A stretch of DNA of 64,000 nucleotides from Octopus sinensis (lineage: Eukaryota), in the NCBI RefSeq assembly GCF_006345805.1, contig NC_042998.1, forward strand, positions 60,884,001 to 60,948,000, read 5' to 3'. The position numbers and the translations under genes are program-made. Every line of letters starts with the position of its first letter. Within the stretch, counting starts at the first letter, position 1. The notes under the pieces were generated by a model. The model did not search any database and was not told where the DNA came from. It was given only the letters and a program-made list of their open reading frames with translations. This document shows positions 1 through 13,639 of the stretch, in pieces.

Positions 1-712
1 GCCAAAATATCAAAGTATAATAGCTGTGAAATTTAGATTTTGTTTTGTATGATCATTCACCTTTTTGATTGTTTGTGTGTGTGTTTTACTCGTATCTTTT
101 TACGCGAAAATGACGCGTGACCGTAATCCTAAAGCAATTTCATACACACGATATGTGTACTATGTTGATGATATTGATGATGGACGTAGTAACAATGAAG
201 ATAATGGATGATAGAAATCACGATAATGATAAGAAAGGCGTTGAGGATGCAGGAACAGATGATAAAGTATACGATAATGAGGATGATAATGACTTTGAGG
301 AGGAAGTTAATACACATAAATATATACAGGCACACATACTTGTACAGGCACATACATTTATGCATGCATCCATACGTGCATATATACATACATACGTACA
401 CACATACTTGTTTTCAATGTATAATAATGCATAAAAACAAACATTAGTTGAAGAACCAACACATTATTTGGAGAATCAAATATATTTTAGAACGAAATGG
501 TTAATAACGATTTTAAAATTTCGCCGTTTGTTGACTTCTTCTGACGAAGCCTGGTCGATACAGGTAATTTTGGAGGTTGTTGCGCTTGCGGCACCGAGGA
601 GCGGAAATGACCGCGAAATATCTGTATCTGTCACTCTCTTTCACATCATACTGATGTTTACATTTTGTAACTTGCTTCAAACACAAATTCTTACATATAT
701 GTGTGTGTGTAT

Positions 713-772
<60 letters not shown>

Positions 773-795
773 ACACGCGCACGTACATGTGTGTG

Positions 796-829
<34 letters not shown>

Positions 830-879
830 TTGGTGCAACTAATGAATTTAGAAGAGTTCTTATTAGTAGAACAGTTCTA

Positions 880-1447
880 GCAGGAAATACAGAACACAAG
901 TTATTACAAGATCAAGCAAACCGATGACGAGAGAGGAATGCTGGAGTTTCTCTTCTTCGTTCCGAATGTGTGGCACTCATGCACCGATGATTTGGACCTT
1001 ACCCATTTAGTGAAGGTAAAGGGCGGCGATATAATGAAAGAATCTTGTCTGCTAGATCACTTACCCAATGAATTGGCGCGGATCTTCATGGATGAGCTGG
1101 TTCACTTGATCCTTATCGAACTGTACAGGTTAGCCGGAATGTAGAGGAACTGTGAGGTCGAATTTTTCCCTTTTTTGTACACAGCACAAATGTCTAAGGC
1201 AGCCTGGGCAGATTTGGCAGCTCTGGAATCTTGGTTGAAAGCGAAGAGAAGCAAGTCTTTAAAATGTTCATTTTTCCTACTTGGCACGCCATTGTCGTAT
1301 GTATGAAAAGTGGCAAAATTTATTCAAATTTCGAAAGCAATTGTAGAGGAAGAAAACAAAACATAAAACACTGCGATAAAAAAATATTTTTCATGCTAGT
1401 TAAAAAAAAAAAGGAAAGAACGAATGAATTTATGTGACCGATCAATA
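880..1447 (-). mobile_element. Mariner transposon relic (5' TIR plus N-terminal transposase fragment)
   Basis: Frameshifted translation gives KNEHFKDLLLFAFNQ...DICAVY...FDL...PVQFDKDQVNQLIHEDPRQ...MGKVQIIGA*VPH (mariner HTH and WVPHEL-like region). A TA-flanked TIR-like end ta|ttgatcggtcacataaattc lies at about 1425-1447. Confidence 0.7.
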
Positions 1448-2533
1448 CATTGTCTCATTTCACCTCACTGTTGTGGTTGACAACAAGTCTGCTGATAATG
1501 TTACTTGTAAGTCTAGCGTCACACATGGAGAAGGATTTATCTCACCAATGATGTCATGAAATGAGCTCAGTACATCTCTAAAAAACCCTCCTCTCACAAT
1601 TCTCGTCTCCCAAATTCAACCCACAATCTTATGGTCGACCTAAAACTGTGTTAGGAAGCACCTGTCGGTGATGTAGTACAGTTGGATCGAATCCACAACC
1701 ATATATTTGCGAAACGAACTTCTTAACATCATAGCTAGTACGCGGTGTTATATTCTAATCGTGTTGCGTGTTATTTTAGTATTTAAATCGTAAAGCATGT
1801 AATCCTGATTCTGAATCTCAGTGGAAAATTTTTGATGGAGATTTACCTTCTACATTGATCGATTCAAAAATGAATAAAAATATATAAATAAATATGTCGC
1901 TTGTTGAATGACTCACAATTGACATGAAGTTAATGACAACTTGTCAACAGTAAATTTATACTTTTCAATTGGCTTGTTAGAACAAGGTTGGCGTGAAGAG
2001 TATTAACAAGATATCTTTGAGGCTTAAGCAGAGATAAATATAGAACTAGAAAGAATCTGAATGCAAAGAAGTGGTAATTGAATGATATGTAAAAGAAACT
2101 GTAATTTCATGATATTATGAACATTAAAGTATAGCCTTGCAATATTTTCTGATAAATTGCAGTCGGTAAAGAATGGCGTGAATCGAATAAAGATTATTAG
2201 CATGAATCCTAGACAAGGTGATTACTAGTAGGGATTCGTTACAATTTCCCAGAAAAATCTTCCAATCAAATTAAAAACCAGAATTTCATGCTATACGACT
2301 TAAATATCAAAGTAACACGCAACACAATGAAAATTTGAAACGGTCTCTTTACGGATGCAGACATGACTGAGACGGTTAAAAGCTCCGTAGTGTGTCATGA
2401 CCTTGTGTTGTGTTACCAGTTGTTCACGGTTTAATATAATGGAAGCTGTTTAAATTACAAACCAAGTATCTTTTCATTGTACTGTTATTTTATGTTACTG
2501 TCGAAGGTTATACAACCATTTCAGTAGCTTATA

Positions 2534-2597
<64 letters not shown>

Positions 2598-2719
2598 CAC
2601 ACACACACACACACACACAAATATATAACATCTTCAGTGCATAAAACCAATATTTGAGTATGTAAAACATCTATGAATAAAACACATGTATAAATGTAAA
2701 TCTAGATAAAACTAAGTCT

Positions 2720-3330
2720 AAAATAACGCCAGGATGATCAATCTGTGACGTATTTAACCATAAGTCTGTTCGATCAGTGTTGACTAATAAGAGCCACATT
2801 TCTGCTCCATAGAGGAGAATGGAGAAGACCGACGCGTTGTAGATGCAGTGCAGAAGAGCAGTGACACCAAAGGGAATTCCATAGAAAGTTCTTGACCCGG
2901 CGTCCAGTGCTCATCCGCGGTTGATCTCCGGGGTCAGGTTTCCAATGTTGTTAACTGTGGAGCTCAGGTAGATGAAGCGAACTGACAAACACCACAACAT
3001 CGGAGCCAATATGGAGCGGGGAAACGTCCGAGTCATCGCCGACATGCATCAACTTGCTCTTCCCCAACTTACCTGGAGGCTAAGCTTTGCTGATTCCTCT
3101 CGGCATATGGTTAGTGCGTTCCTGTGCTGGTCCATCGAGTTGCTGAAGAGGGTGTTATCGTCCGCATACACCAGGTCAGTTAGGTGGTAGTTCCCGAAGG
3201 TAATGTCAGAAACTCGCTCACAGATCTTGGTCATCAGATAATCGATGACCCGGTTGAAGAGGTCGGGGGAAGCCACGCAGTCCTGCCTGACACCGCTGTT
3301 AATGTGGAACCAGTTAGAGTCCCTCCCTCT
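2720..3330 (-). mobile_element. 5'-truncated RTE-like LINE reverse transcriptase fragment
   Basis: SGVRQDCVASPDLF...LVYADD motifs, followed by frameshifted YLSSTVNN...LLYGAEMW typical of the RTE RT C-terminus. Confidence 0.8.
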
Positions 3331-4754
3331 CATACATACATACATACATACTTTTCTTTTGCATAAATCTTAACAAACACATGACCAACTTCCTCTTCAA
3401 CGCCAAAAGTATGTCTCTAAAAGTGAACCTGGAATTTCCTGCAAGTGCCTCCTCAACGTCTTTAACCTCAAAATTATTTATAGAAAGAGAGATCAACGAC
3501 TACATATGCATAAACAGACATCATTCCACTTATAGTTATCTTCAGTCCTACAATCTATTCTCTGATTTAATACAAAAACAAAAATAGAGAATAAAGAACG
3601 TTATTTTAACACCTTTTGCAAAAGAAAGTGGTTCTATAATAACTTGTCAACTTTGATATGTAATTTAATCTTAAACTAAATTTAGGCAAAAATAAAGAAC
3701 AAAAACCTGAGTCCGAACGGTGATTGTTTGTGTGAGTAAAAGTTATACAGTGAAGCTGGCCAAATTTGGATAAGTTCGTATTCCGTGAAGACAAAAAGAG
3801 TCTGAGGTTTCAAGGCTAATCTGTCTGAGAAAAAAAATATCTTGTCTTTCTTAGAGGAAAACCCCTCCTCTTCTCACACTATAATTTCTTGTCCAAACGC
3901 TCAAGCTCCTGTATATTAGATATAATCTTTCTTTGGTTCTATCTTTTTAAACTTTTTTTTGTTTTTCTTCAGATTTTTCTTTTACTGTTTCTTGTCTTTA
4001 AGGAACTTTATGTAATGAACTTAGGATGGTTAAGTTAGGTCTATCATGAGTCCTAGGACTCATAAGGCTGGAAAACTTGGTTTCCATGGCGTTTAAGCGA
4101 CTGAGATCACCCCCCCCCGTCCCTGAATTCAGCTGGAATTCGTCTTCAGTTGAGAGGACTGGAACAACGTCAAATGAAGTGTTTTGCTCAAGAATACGAC
4201 GCACTGCTCGAAAATCTGAAGTACAAAATTCTAACCACTAAGCCACGCGCCTTTACAATTTAGGATAGGTCATGTTTGATGGCAGTATTGGTCGAGTATC
4301 AGACGAAATACTTTTTAATTGTTTAGTTACGTCCCTTTTTATTTGCTTTGCTTTTTATGTTTCTGGGACTGATAAAATACCTACCATTTATATTTTGGAG
4401 TTCATTTAGACCGAATGCATGTTTTCCTCTAAATTAGTAACTTTGTATCTTAATTAGAAATCACTCTGACATTTTGAAAAAAATCACTGACTATAGCACC
4501 AACAGAAATATTATTTGGTGATTTGTTCTTTGCATTCGTTGATCGAGGAGAAAGAGGAATTCTTACGACTCCTATGCCCTCCTGGACTGGTAAGATTGAT
4601 ACCAGCTGAAATACTTGCTCGGAAAATATGAATTCCTCCAAGAGTATCAAAAAGAGCAGGTGATGCTCTTAAGTCAGCCTGCGTGTTAGGTCTATGACTG
4701 TGTTATAAACTACAGCCATAAACCTGCAAAATAATAACGATAATAATAAATATC

Positions 4755-5390
4755 TTTTTTAATTTACGCACAAAGTCAGCAGTTTCAGCAGTTTTAAAGG
4801 AGAGAGTTAGCTAGTTACACGACCCTAAATCTTGACTGGTAGTTTATTTTATCAATCCCGAACTCATCGGTATTTGAACTCAGATTATAAAGAGTCGAAA
4901 GAAAGCGTTTAGACCGACGCACTAACGATTCTGCCAGCTTGCTACACTAAATGGTTTCCAATTTTGGCCCAAATCCCGAAATTTTAAGAAGACTGAGTTA
5001 GTCTACACCATCGATCCCTGTCCTTGACCTTTCCTTTATTTCATCGAGCCCCTAAGTGAGGAAAGGTAGAGTTGGCCATAATGGTATTTGAACTTAGAAC
5101 ATGAAGAATCAAAAGAAATGCTGCTAAGCATTTTGTCCCACACGAAAACGATTCTACCAGTTTGCTGCCTTGCCAGTAATAATAATTATCCTTTCTACTA
5201 AAGTCACAAGGCCTGAAATTTTAGGGGTAGGAGTTAGTCAATTACCTCAACTCCACTACTCGATTGGTTCTTATTTTCAAAGTCAACCTCGGTGGTTATT
5301 GGACTCAGGAAGTAAAGTGTCAACAAAAACGCCACTAAGAAATTTATCCGACGCGCAACAATTCTGCCAGTTCACTGCAAAGTCATGCCA
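4755..5390 (-). mobile_element. Three head-to-tail diverged copies of an ~210-bp tRNA-derived SINE (family B)
   Basis: Repeated blocks cacaaggcctgaaatttt...gacccc...actggt...tttatcga...gaactcag...ctaagcattt...gattctgccag. The sense (minus) strand has A-box-like and B-box-like (GAGTTCAAAT) motifs. Confidence 0.7.
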
Positions 5391-6039
5391 ATAATAATAA
5401 TAATAATGATGATGGTGATGATGATGATGATGTTGAGGATGATGATGAAGATAATGGTGATAACAACAAATTCAGTTGAAACAAAGAAAGGCAAAAAACA
5501 TAATAAAGAAACCGGATTCGGAATTAAAATCGAGAAAACATTCTTGTAAAAAAATATACCTAAAGAAAATACTGTAACATCCTGTGGTCCTTCAGTCGAT
5601 GTGATTATCTTTAAAATGTTTTATTGCAATTTGATTGCCATTGGTTTTACTTTTAATCTTATCTATGCTTTTACATGACATGAATATGTTTACACTGTTT
5701 TATGTCTCTTTACATATGTCACGTATGTTTATACTTGTCTTATGATCTTAAAAGAAAATTAACAAAATTACTGTTGTTACAAGCATATACAAAATACAAG
5801 CTTATACAAAATACAAGTTAAAGCGAACGTACATTCTTTTTTTAGTTTTAGGTTTAACCCCTGTTCGACTAAATTCTTTGACAAAATGTGACCTAGTCAT
5901 GGACGTCCTGACAATTTTAAGATAGTATCTTACAACTACATTAATCAATAATAATTATTACACAACTCAGTATATTCCAAGAGTTCTGTGTCAACGTGAT
6001 ACCGAGAGGTAAAACGATTTCGGTAACAAAAACAATGTC

Positions 6040-6250
6040 AGTTTCAAATTTTGGTAGAAAGACAGTAAGTTCGTAGGAAGGTGTAGTTGATTACATCGAC
6101 CCCAGAGTTCAACTGGTACTTATTTTATCGATCCCAAAAGGATGAATGATGAAGTCGATCTCAGAAGAATTTGATCTCAGAATGTAAAGATGGAATGCCG
6201 CTAAGCATTTTGTTCGGCATGCTAACAACGATTCAGCCAGCTCGCTGCCT
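6040..6250 (-). mobile_element. SINE family B copy
   Basis: Same blocks as 4755-5390 and 35345-35555. Confidence 0.7.
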
Positions 6251-6708
6251 TAGGGACAAAAACAATATCAACAAACAAGAGTACAATGTAATTAATTTTA
6301 CATGCAAGGGAGGGGGACTCCTCGCCACTCCTGCTTTGCTTAACATCTCTGCCACCTACATTTTAGCTCGCTAACACACACACACCACACACACACACAC
6401 ACACACACGCAATCACGAAACAGGCGCGGCGCGTGCACAGGCACACGGATGTATTCTTGTATTTTTACCTCTCTTTCGCTTCACTCTTCTGTCTAGACAA
6501 ACCACCATCTACCTCTTCTTGCCACTTTACCTTCACCATCCAGCTCTCCTTTGCCTTGCTATGCCTGTCGCTGCGACTCAACTTTCTTTGGTTGTATTCC
6601 CCCGACATAATTTACCACTGGAATTTACTATTTCACCATCTTTGAACTCTTAAAAATTTCTCCAACCGAGTAAAATCTTTTATAAACACTTTTTCTTTCT
6701 TCTGTTAT

Positions 6709-8650
6709 TGTTGTGATGAGAATCTCGATGTCCCCTTGCGAGAAATAGACAGGACCGAGCGATTATAAATAGTAGCGATTGGAGTGAAGTTTGTGTGTTA
6801 GTTCGAGCTAAGTTTGCAGTGAATTGGAAAGGTGTCGGTTGGTTAGTTCGTTTTGAATATTGATTCGTGGAGAGATTATTGGATCATTACGTTGATATTA
6901 CGGCTGCATCGTTATCTTGTTTACTGTTACTACACTGGTACAGTGTATCTAAACCATTCATAAGAATATCGTGGCGGTACCATGACATTGGAGATGCGCG
7001 ATACAACATTGGACACGGACGATCTGGCGACGAGGGTTTCGAAGCTCAGGTAGGTTATTTAACAATTTGTTCGTGATACAACTTGTTAAATATGGATGAC
7101 CTATTAGCTTCTATAATACAGTTGCAAAATCAACGAGAACAGCAACAGGAGTTTTAGAAGCAACTAGTACGGCAACAACTACAACAACAATTATTGGAGC
7201 TAAACGCAAAGAAGTCCGAAAATGAGGTAAGCTCGTTTCCGCCAGATGGCGTATCGAACTCCATAACAGAATTCAGTTATAACCCAGCGGAGGGTATAAC
7301 TTTTGCAGCGCACTACAGAAGGTGCGAGGAGATTTTTAAGGAAGATTGTAGAACCTTGTTAGACGAAGAAAAAGTAAGGTTATTTTTATGTAAATTAGCT
7401 TTGTCTGAGCATGAACAATACTGTAATTTCATATTTCCCTAAAAGTCTGGTGAAATTTGCTTTCAAGAAACAATCAATACTATATAATCGTTGTTGTTAG
7501 CTGTACAAAGTTGCCAGAAATATGCAGGTGCAATAAACTAACCGCAAAAACAACAATAAAATTCCTGTATGAATTATTTACCTGATACGGTGTTCCAGAC
7601 ACGTTAGTATCAGATACTTGCACAGAATTTACGGGTTGTGAATTCAAAAGTTTCTGCAAAATACATGTGATAAAGCATATTTTTACCTCGCCCTACCGCC
7701 CAAGGTCAATGGGGCAGGTAGAAAGATTCGTTGATACGTTCAAGTGGGCGTTAAAAAAAGCAAGGAATGACGTAGCCAATGACGAAGAGCTAACGAAATT
7801 CTTGAGTGTATATAGAGTAACGCCCAATCCGAATACCAGTTCAGGAAAGTCTCCGGCAGAGTTAATGTTTGCGCGAAAAATAAAATCGATCTTTGATAAA
7901 TTATTGTCAGGAAAAAATATATTTAAAGGAAATACAGAAAAGGCCACAAAGCATTTCGAAGTAGGAAATAAAATTCATTGTAAAATTTACAAAAATGGTA
8001 AAGAAGGCTGGGAGGGTAGTTTTGTAACTGAAAAATTAGGAAACATGATGTGTGTAATTAAAGGACAACGTTGGGAACATAAGAGACACCTAAACCAATT
8101 AAAAACGAGACATACTAAAAAACGAAAGGAAATACCAATGGAAGTCTGCTATGACATATTTGAGGTGTTAGTAGCAAAAGAGATTGAACTTTGTAGAAGC
8201 AGCAATAGAAAAAGAAAAACAGACTGTACACTTAGAAATAATGCCAAAACGAAAAAGATATTAAATAAAAAAAAAAAAGAGGGAGAGGCACTGGAAAAAT
8301 AAAAAATAAAATAAATTTCATTTTTCCAGAAGTCGAAATCTCAAAAGGGGAGATGTGATGTGTCACGACGTCCCCTTGTGCGAAATAGACTGGACCGAGC
8401 TATTATAAATAGTAGTGTCGGAGTGAAATTTGTGTTTAGTTCGTGTTGAGTTTGCAGTGGAGTGGGAAGGTGTTGGTTGGTCAGTTCGTTTGGAATATTG
8501 ATTGTTGGTTCGTGAAGAGATTGTTGGATCATTACATTGTAATTACGGCTGCATTGCTATCTTGTTTACTGTTACTATACCGGTATAGTGTATCTAAATC
8601 ATCCGTCACAGTATTGTGGCGGTACCATGACATTATCGGAGGATTCAACA
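6709..8650 (+). mobile_element. Internally deleted Ty3/Gypsy LTR retrotransposon (gag N-terminus joined to integrase)
   Basis: Two ~300-bp LTRs (6709-7008 and ~8351-8650), TGTTG...CAACA termini, and a 5-bp TSD GTTAT (6704-6708 and 8651-8655). PBS-like TGGCGACGAGG at 7025 and polypurine tract AAAAGGGG at 8343-8350. Gag-like EFSYNPAEGITFAAHYRRCEEIF and integrase GVPDTLVSD...GQVERFVDTFK are present; protease, RT and RNase H are absent. Confidence 0.92.
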
Positions 8651-9249
8651 GTTATAAACTCCCTAGTAACTCCTACATGTGCTTACACCATTTTTTCTCG
8701 CTTTTCGTTTATCAGCTTCTACCTTCCCGACCTTTGCCTCAGTTATGTAACATTCGCGGACTTTTCACACTGTTATATATATTTTCTTCGTCAGTAAATC
8801 ATTTTTCATCATTTTCTCTTGATTTTCACCCTCCTTGAACTCGCACCTTCCCTCTCTTATACCCTCTTCTTAATTTTTTGTATTTTTATTATTTTCAAAA
8901 ATTTTCTTTTTGCACTTTCATTCTCCCTCTTTCATTTTGTGTTCATTGCTTTCATTACCCCACCTACATATATATAGATGAACATACATACATACGTACG
9001 TATTTACGTACGTATATTCTGTCTCTGCCTTTCCTTATCGTTCAGATTTTCCTTCGTTTTTCATTTTTCATGATGGTAGAGTACACTATATATATAATAG
9101 AAATATGTTACATAAAGAAAATAGAAACTACATGTGGAAATGTCAGGGTAAAGTAGGAAGAAAAATAAATGAAAATGCATATTGGAAATCAAAAGAGTAA
9201 GGCTTTTTATGAAAAGTAACAATAGATATGTACAAGTAGATGAACTGAG

Positions 9250-12200
9250 GTAGGAATAAAAGTTACAAATGACATTATTGTGAATTGTTAAAGAGATTTA
9301 AAAGCATACCGGTTTCGTAAAATTACTAATCATTGCTTTGAATGCACACCGATTACTGAGAGGTCTCAGGTGTACTAGTCCCTGAGTAAAAAGATTATAA
9401 GTAAGGGAGGTAAGTAGTTCTGAATTTGGTGCAATTAGGGAAGATATAGATCTGTAATGTGAATGGTGTTTGGGATGTATTGTAGTTAGTGGTATTAATT
9501 GAAAGGTTAGTAGTGTTCTGTATTATGTTATATGTCCATATTGAGTTGTGGAAGATATTTATTGATGAAAGTTGCCTATTTATTCATTCTTTGTTGTACT
9601 GAGGTGTTTTGTGAACATTGATAAAAGGTAAAAATTAGGAAATTAAGATTAAGATTCCTAGCACACCTTTCTATATGTTCACTGACTTGTATCTGTCTGT
9701 ATTGTGGGGTGGGTGGCGGATTTGTTATTTGTGGAGAGTGGTTCTTCGACGGAGTGATATTCCAGTTTGGCAAATATAATTATTACCACACGCTAAGTGT
9801 GTAATGGCATATATTAGATTTTCCGAGGCATAGGTGAAATTTGATTTAGTCTTAAATATTTCACCTTGTTTAAAGTGGAATTCTGAACCCCACCCCCAAA
9901 GGTGGGAGCATGTACCATAGTTAGGTCGACAACATTTTAAAAATTTGGTTCTGTTGTTAATGGATATAGTCTTGCGCTGGTTAATATATTTTTTTAATGA
10001 TTTAGGCTGCATTTTGCTTTTGATAATTCTGTGTGAGCATAAAATTTTGTTCATTGTTTTATCTCATGTGAGGGTGGGTAAATTTTGGATAATAATGCTG
10101 AAGGCTTCGTTGTTTCTAGGGTTATGTGTGGAGATGTATAGGAGCATTTTTAAGTCTGGTTTAGTATTTCGGTTGACGTCCCTTAATGTTCGTATATCTA
10201 TTTCCTTAGCTCGTTTAATGCCATCATTTATTAATGATATAGGGTAATGTCTTTTGATTAGTATTGATCTAAGTTCAAAGAGTCTTTGTTTACGAGTACA
10301 GGTGTCCGAAACGTTTATGTCTGGACACCTATACTACGCCAATTTTTATGTGTTTGGGGTAGCATGAGTTGAATAGTAGGTATTGTTTAGAATATGTGGG
10401 TTTATAGAAAATGCCTGTTCCGATGTGGTTATTGACTATTTTAATTAGGATGTCAAGAAAAGGGAGTTGTTTACTGCTGTGCTCCATGGTATGGTGTGTG
10501 TTAATATTGTTAAGCATTATTTTGAAATCGGGGAGTTTGTCCATGTTGTCTTTCCAAAGTATAAAGCAATCGTCCAAATATCTCCTTTAAATAGCAATGA
10601 AATAGGGTGCCATATTTCTGTAGTGATGATTGTTATATTTTAAGTTCTAGGTAACCTATTACAAGGTTCGCAATCATTGGAGCAGCTCGGGTTCCCATTG
10701 CAATTCCACATTTTTGTCGATAGTAAACTGTATCAAACATGAAATAGTTGTTCAGTAGGATGAATTTGAGTGCCGTGATTATGACTCTGTGGTTGATGTG
10801 TCCTGGGATCTATTCTGGGTATTTTTTTAGCCAGAAGGTGATCGCTTCTATACCATAATCGTGTGGGAAATTGGTGTACAAATTAATTCACTACATTGAA
10901 TGATTCTAACAGGGTTCCTTCATTTATTGTTTTCGGGAGGTGGTTGAGCATATCTAACTCATCCCTGATAAAGCTTTTCACATATTTTAGAAACTGTTTG
11001 AGTAAGATGTCGAGGAAGTTGCTCAAACGGTGGGTTTCACAAGCAGGGCCAGCAATGATGGGTCTCAGTTTAAGGTCAGTAGGGGGAGGAACATTAATGC
11101 ATAGACATAGAGAATCTTTACAAGCTTTACAAATATGTAGATTTTCCTTTATTTTAGGTAATCCGTAGAATAGACTAAGTCTGTATTTAAAATTGGATAA
11201 ATAGTCAATTACATTTTTAGTGAGGCCATTTCCATGTATTTGAAGTAAGGAAGATAAGTCTTTAAGTGTCTTCTGTGGGTTGTATTGTACTATCTTCTCA
11301 TAATAGATATTATTTTGCAACACGGAGAGCATTAAATTTTTGTAGTACTCTGAGTCCATCACCACTACCGCACTTCCTTTGTCGGCTTCTTTAATGGTGA
11401 GATTTATATCATTTTTTAACTCGATTAATTCTTTCCATTTATTTACATTAAGGTTGGATTTAATTCGTTGTTTTTATAGGATATTAAAAGGAAAACTGGT
11501 AATGTGTTCACAAAAAGCATCAAGTGCTTTATTTCTGCCTTTTGTAGGCCAGTATTGACTTTTGTTTTTTACTATTGAATCATCTTCGCTGGTGTAGTTG
11601 TGAAGTGCTTCTGTGAGGCGTAATTTTCGGTAGAAATCTATAGTTTTATCCTTAATTTCATTCGGGTTCGATCTGTGAGGGGTTGGAATAAACTTTAAAC
11701 CACTTGCTAGAATTTTAATTTGCGTAATACTTAAGATTTTATTAATAAGTTGATTATTTTCGGTTGTTCTTGTACATTTTGTTCCATTTCACATCTCTGT
11801 TTCTCTGATTTAGGTCTAAAAAATGGTTGTAGCAGGTGGATTGTTTTGGAAAGTCTGTATTGTGTTTCGTTTGCTGAGGAGAAAATGGATGTGAAGTGTG
11901 TCTGCGGTAGTATGTTTGTGGTGGAGTGACTGTGTAGCGAACTAGATTATGGTTGTACTGAGGGTTGTTATATTGTCTATGGTTGATATGATTTGGGTTA
12001 AATTTATTTTCAATATTGTAATATGGGTGGAGGGAGAAGTTATGTTGTCTAGTTAGGTTGTGTTTAGTTGAATGATTGAAGTAACCATGTTGAGGGTTAA
12101 GTCTCGGAGGTAAATTCTTCCATTGATTGTGAGATGATGGGGGTATATCGGTAGGTATTGGTTCCGAAAAGTTTGAGTTGGTCTGGAGGTTTCGATGGAA

Positions 12201-12560
12201 CCTTTGATTTGTATGTAGGATGCCTTGAGGATTACGTCCAGATTTTCTATTGTGGGCTGAATTCCTGAAATTTGAAAGTTATTTTGGGGTGTAAGTGAGG
12301 TTAGATCGGTGGAGTTGTATCCCCTAGATCGTCTGTGGTTTGTGTTAGAAAAGCGTGGGGTCATTTATGTGTGTTTTGGGCTTATTTTTCTTCAGAAAGG
12401 GGTTATCCACTGCGTTTTCTATGCCGAACTGTGTTTCGTAGTTAATAAAGAAATTGGCTTGTCTTTCCCAGCGTTGTAGAGAATTGGTTTCTTCAGCTTC
12501 ACAAGTTGTTTTCCACAGTTTAAAAACACTTTCTAAGCTTTGACCATCTGAATGTCATAC
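9250..12560 (-). mobile_element. Penelope-like element, degenerate RT plus GIY-YIG endonuclease with 3' terminal region
   Basis: GLKFIPTP, KLRPIIAGPACETHRLSNFLD, IAMGTRAAP, RYLDD (10569-10580), LPFLDI, and GIY-YIG-like NLIYAI...YICQTG. Multiple stops and frameshifts. Confidence 0.92.
9301..9339 (-). ncRNA. Degenerate minimal type I hammerhead ribozyme in the PLE 3' end
   Basis: AAAGCA-ATGATTA-GTA attt TAC-GAAA-CCGG-TA-TGCTTT: perfect 6-bp stem I, palindromic stem III ACCGGT, and core differing from CUGANGA at C3 and G8. Confidence 0.7.
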
Positions 12561-12612
12561 ATACATACATACATACATACATACATACATACATGCATAC
12601 AAAAATACCTAT

Positions 12613-12689
<77 letters not shown>

Positions 12690-13639
12690 TTCCTTTCGTG
12701 GATCTCTGGCTATTCTATGACAGGTTAGAGCCTATATTATCTAAATATGATATCTAGAATATATCATAACTATATTTTAGTTATAATATATCGTGGTTCA
12801 TTTTATCACGCTTATACAAACTGAGAATTACGTTAAGAGCACGCATATCTGTGAAACACCCCACCACTTATACGTTAATTTAACAAGTAGATGGCTCTGC
12901 TGATTATCATCGAAGCTACGCAATATTGATATTATGACATCTGATTTTTGATACAGCAGAGGAAGATAATATCCATAAACTTGATATCTTACAGAAGCTT
13001 CTTAGCATAATTGGAAATGCTTTCATCTGAAGCAAAAATGGGATGTTCGCCAGAAATCATACTGAAATTAGACAGACTTAATAGGGATTAGCCGAAAACC
13101 AGCAAAGTTTAAATATAAATGTTTGTCAACGTTAACTGACAAACTTGATAAATTAAGTACTTTCCAAATGCAGTCTTTAATGTTCTCAGATTAAAAGCCC
13201 GGACATCTTATTAAATATTTATCAAATTCACAAATCTTTTCTAATTTCTTCACATTTGATAGAAGGTTGACTGTGTTGTAATCAAGAAAAGGAAAATAGT
13301 TTCATTCCAGTGTAATTACCCGACTCCCCCCAACTGTTAAATCCATGTAATATATTTGATTTTGTATTTAATATCTATCGCTGACATATCTCAACTTGGC
13401 ATGATTTTGATATTTTATTTTTGCGATTGATTGAAACTCTCCATATTTCTCAAAATAAAACAGTAGATATCAATATATTTCCAAACTTAAAAAAAAAATA
13501 AAACATGATTATGTTATTTAATTAAAAAAAAACAAACAAACAAATATCTTCTAGCAACATTAAAATTTTCAACAACCGCAATTACCATTGACAGGTCTTT
13601 ACCATACATCAGTGTCTTGATTTTACTTGTCACATTGAT

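Noticed and set aside
500-566. Overlapping hammerhead-like strings on both strands (minus: CAGAAGA-A-GTC/GGC-GAAA-TTTTAAAA-TC; plus: CTGACGA-A-GCCTG/CAGGT)
   Set aside because: The minus version has U4>A, a weak stem II and almost no stem I. The plus version lacks GAAA. An A/T palindrome is easily chance here, so it is not counted.
117-927. ORFs rich in IY, CV, HT, RE or poly-D/N here and throughout the ORF track (e.g. 15653-16677, 20258-20563, 35726-36269, 49710-50107, 55380-56411, 61258-61599)
   Set aside because: They are translations of (TA)n, (TG)n, (TATG)n, (GA)n and (AAT)n microsatellites, not genes.
3998-4204. 68-aa minus-strand ORF
   Set aside because: It begins inside a SINE-like remnant (about 4150-4220) and has no recognisable motif or supporting splice pattern.
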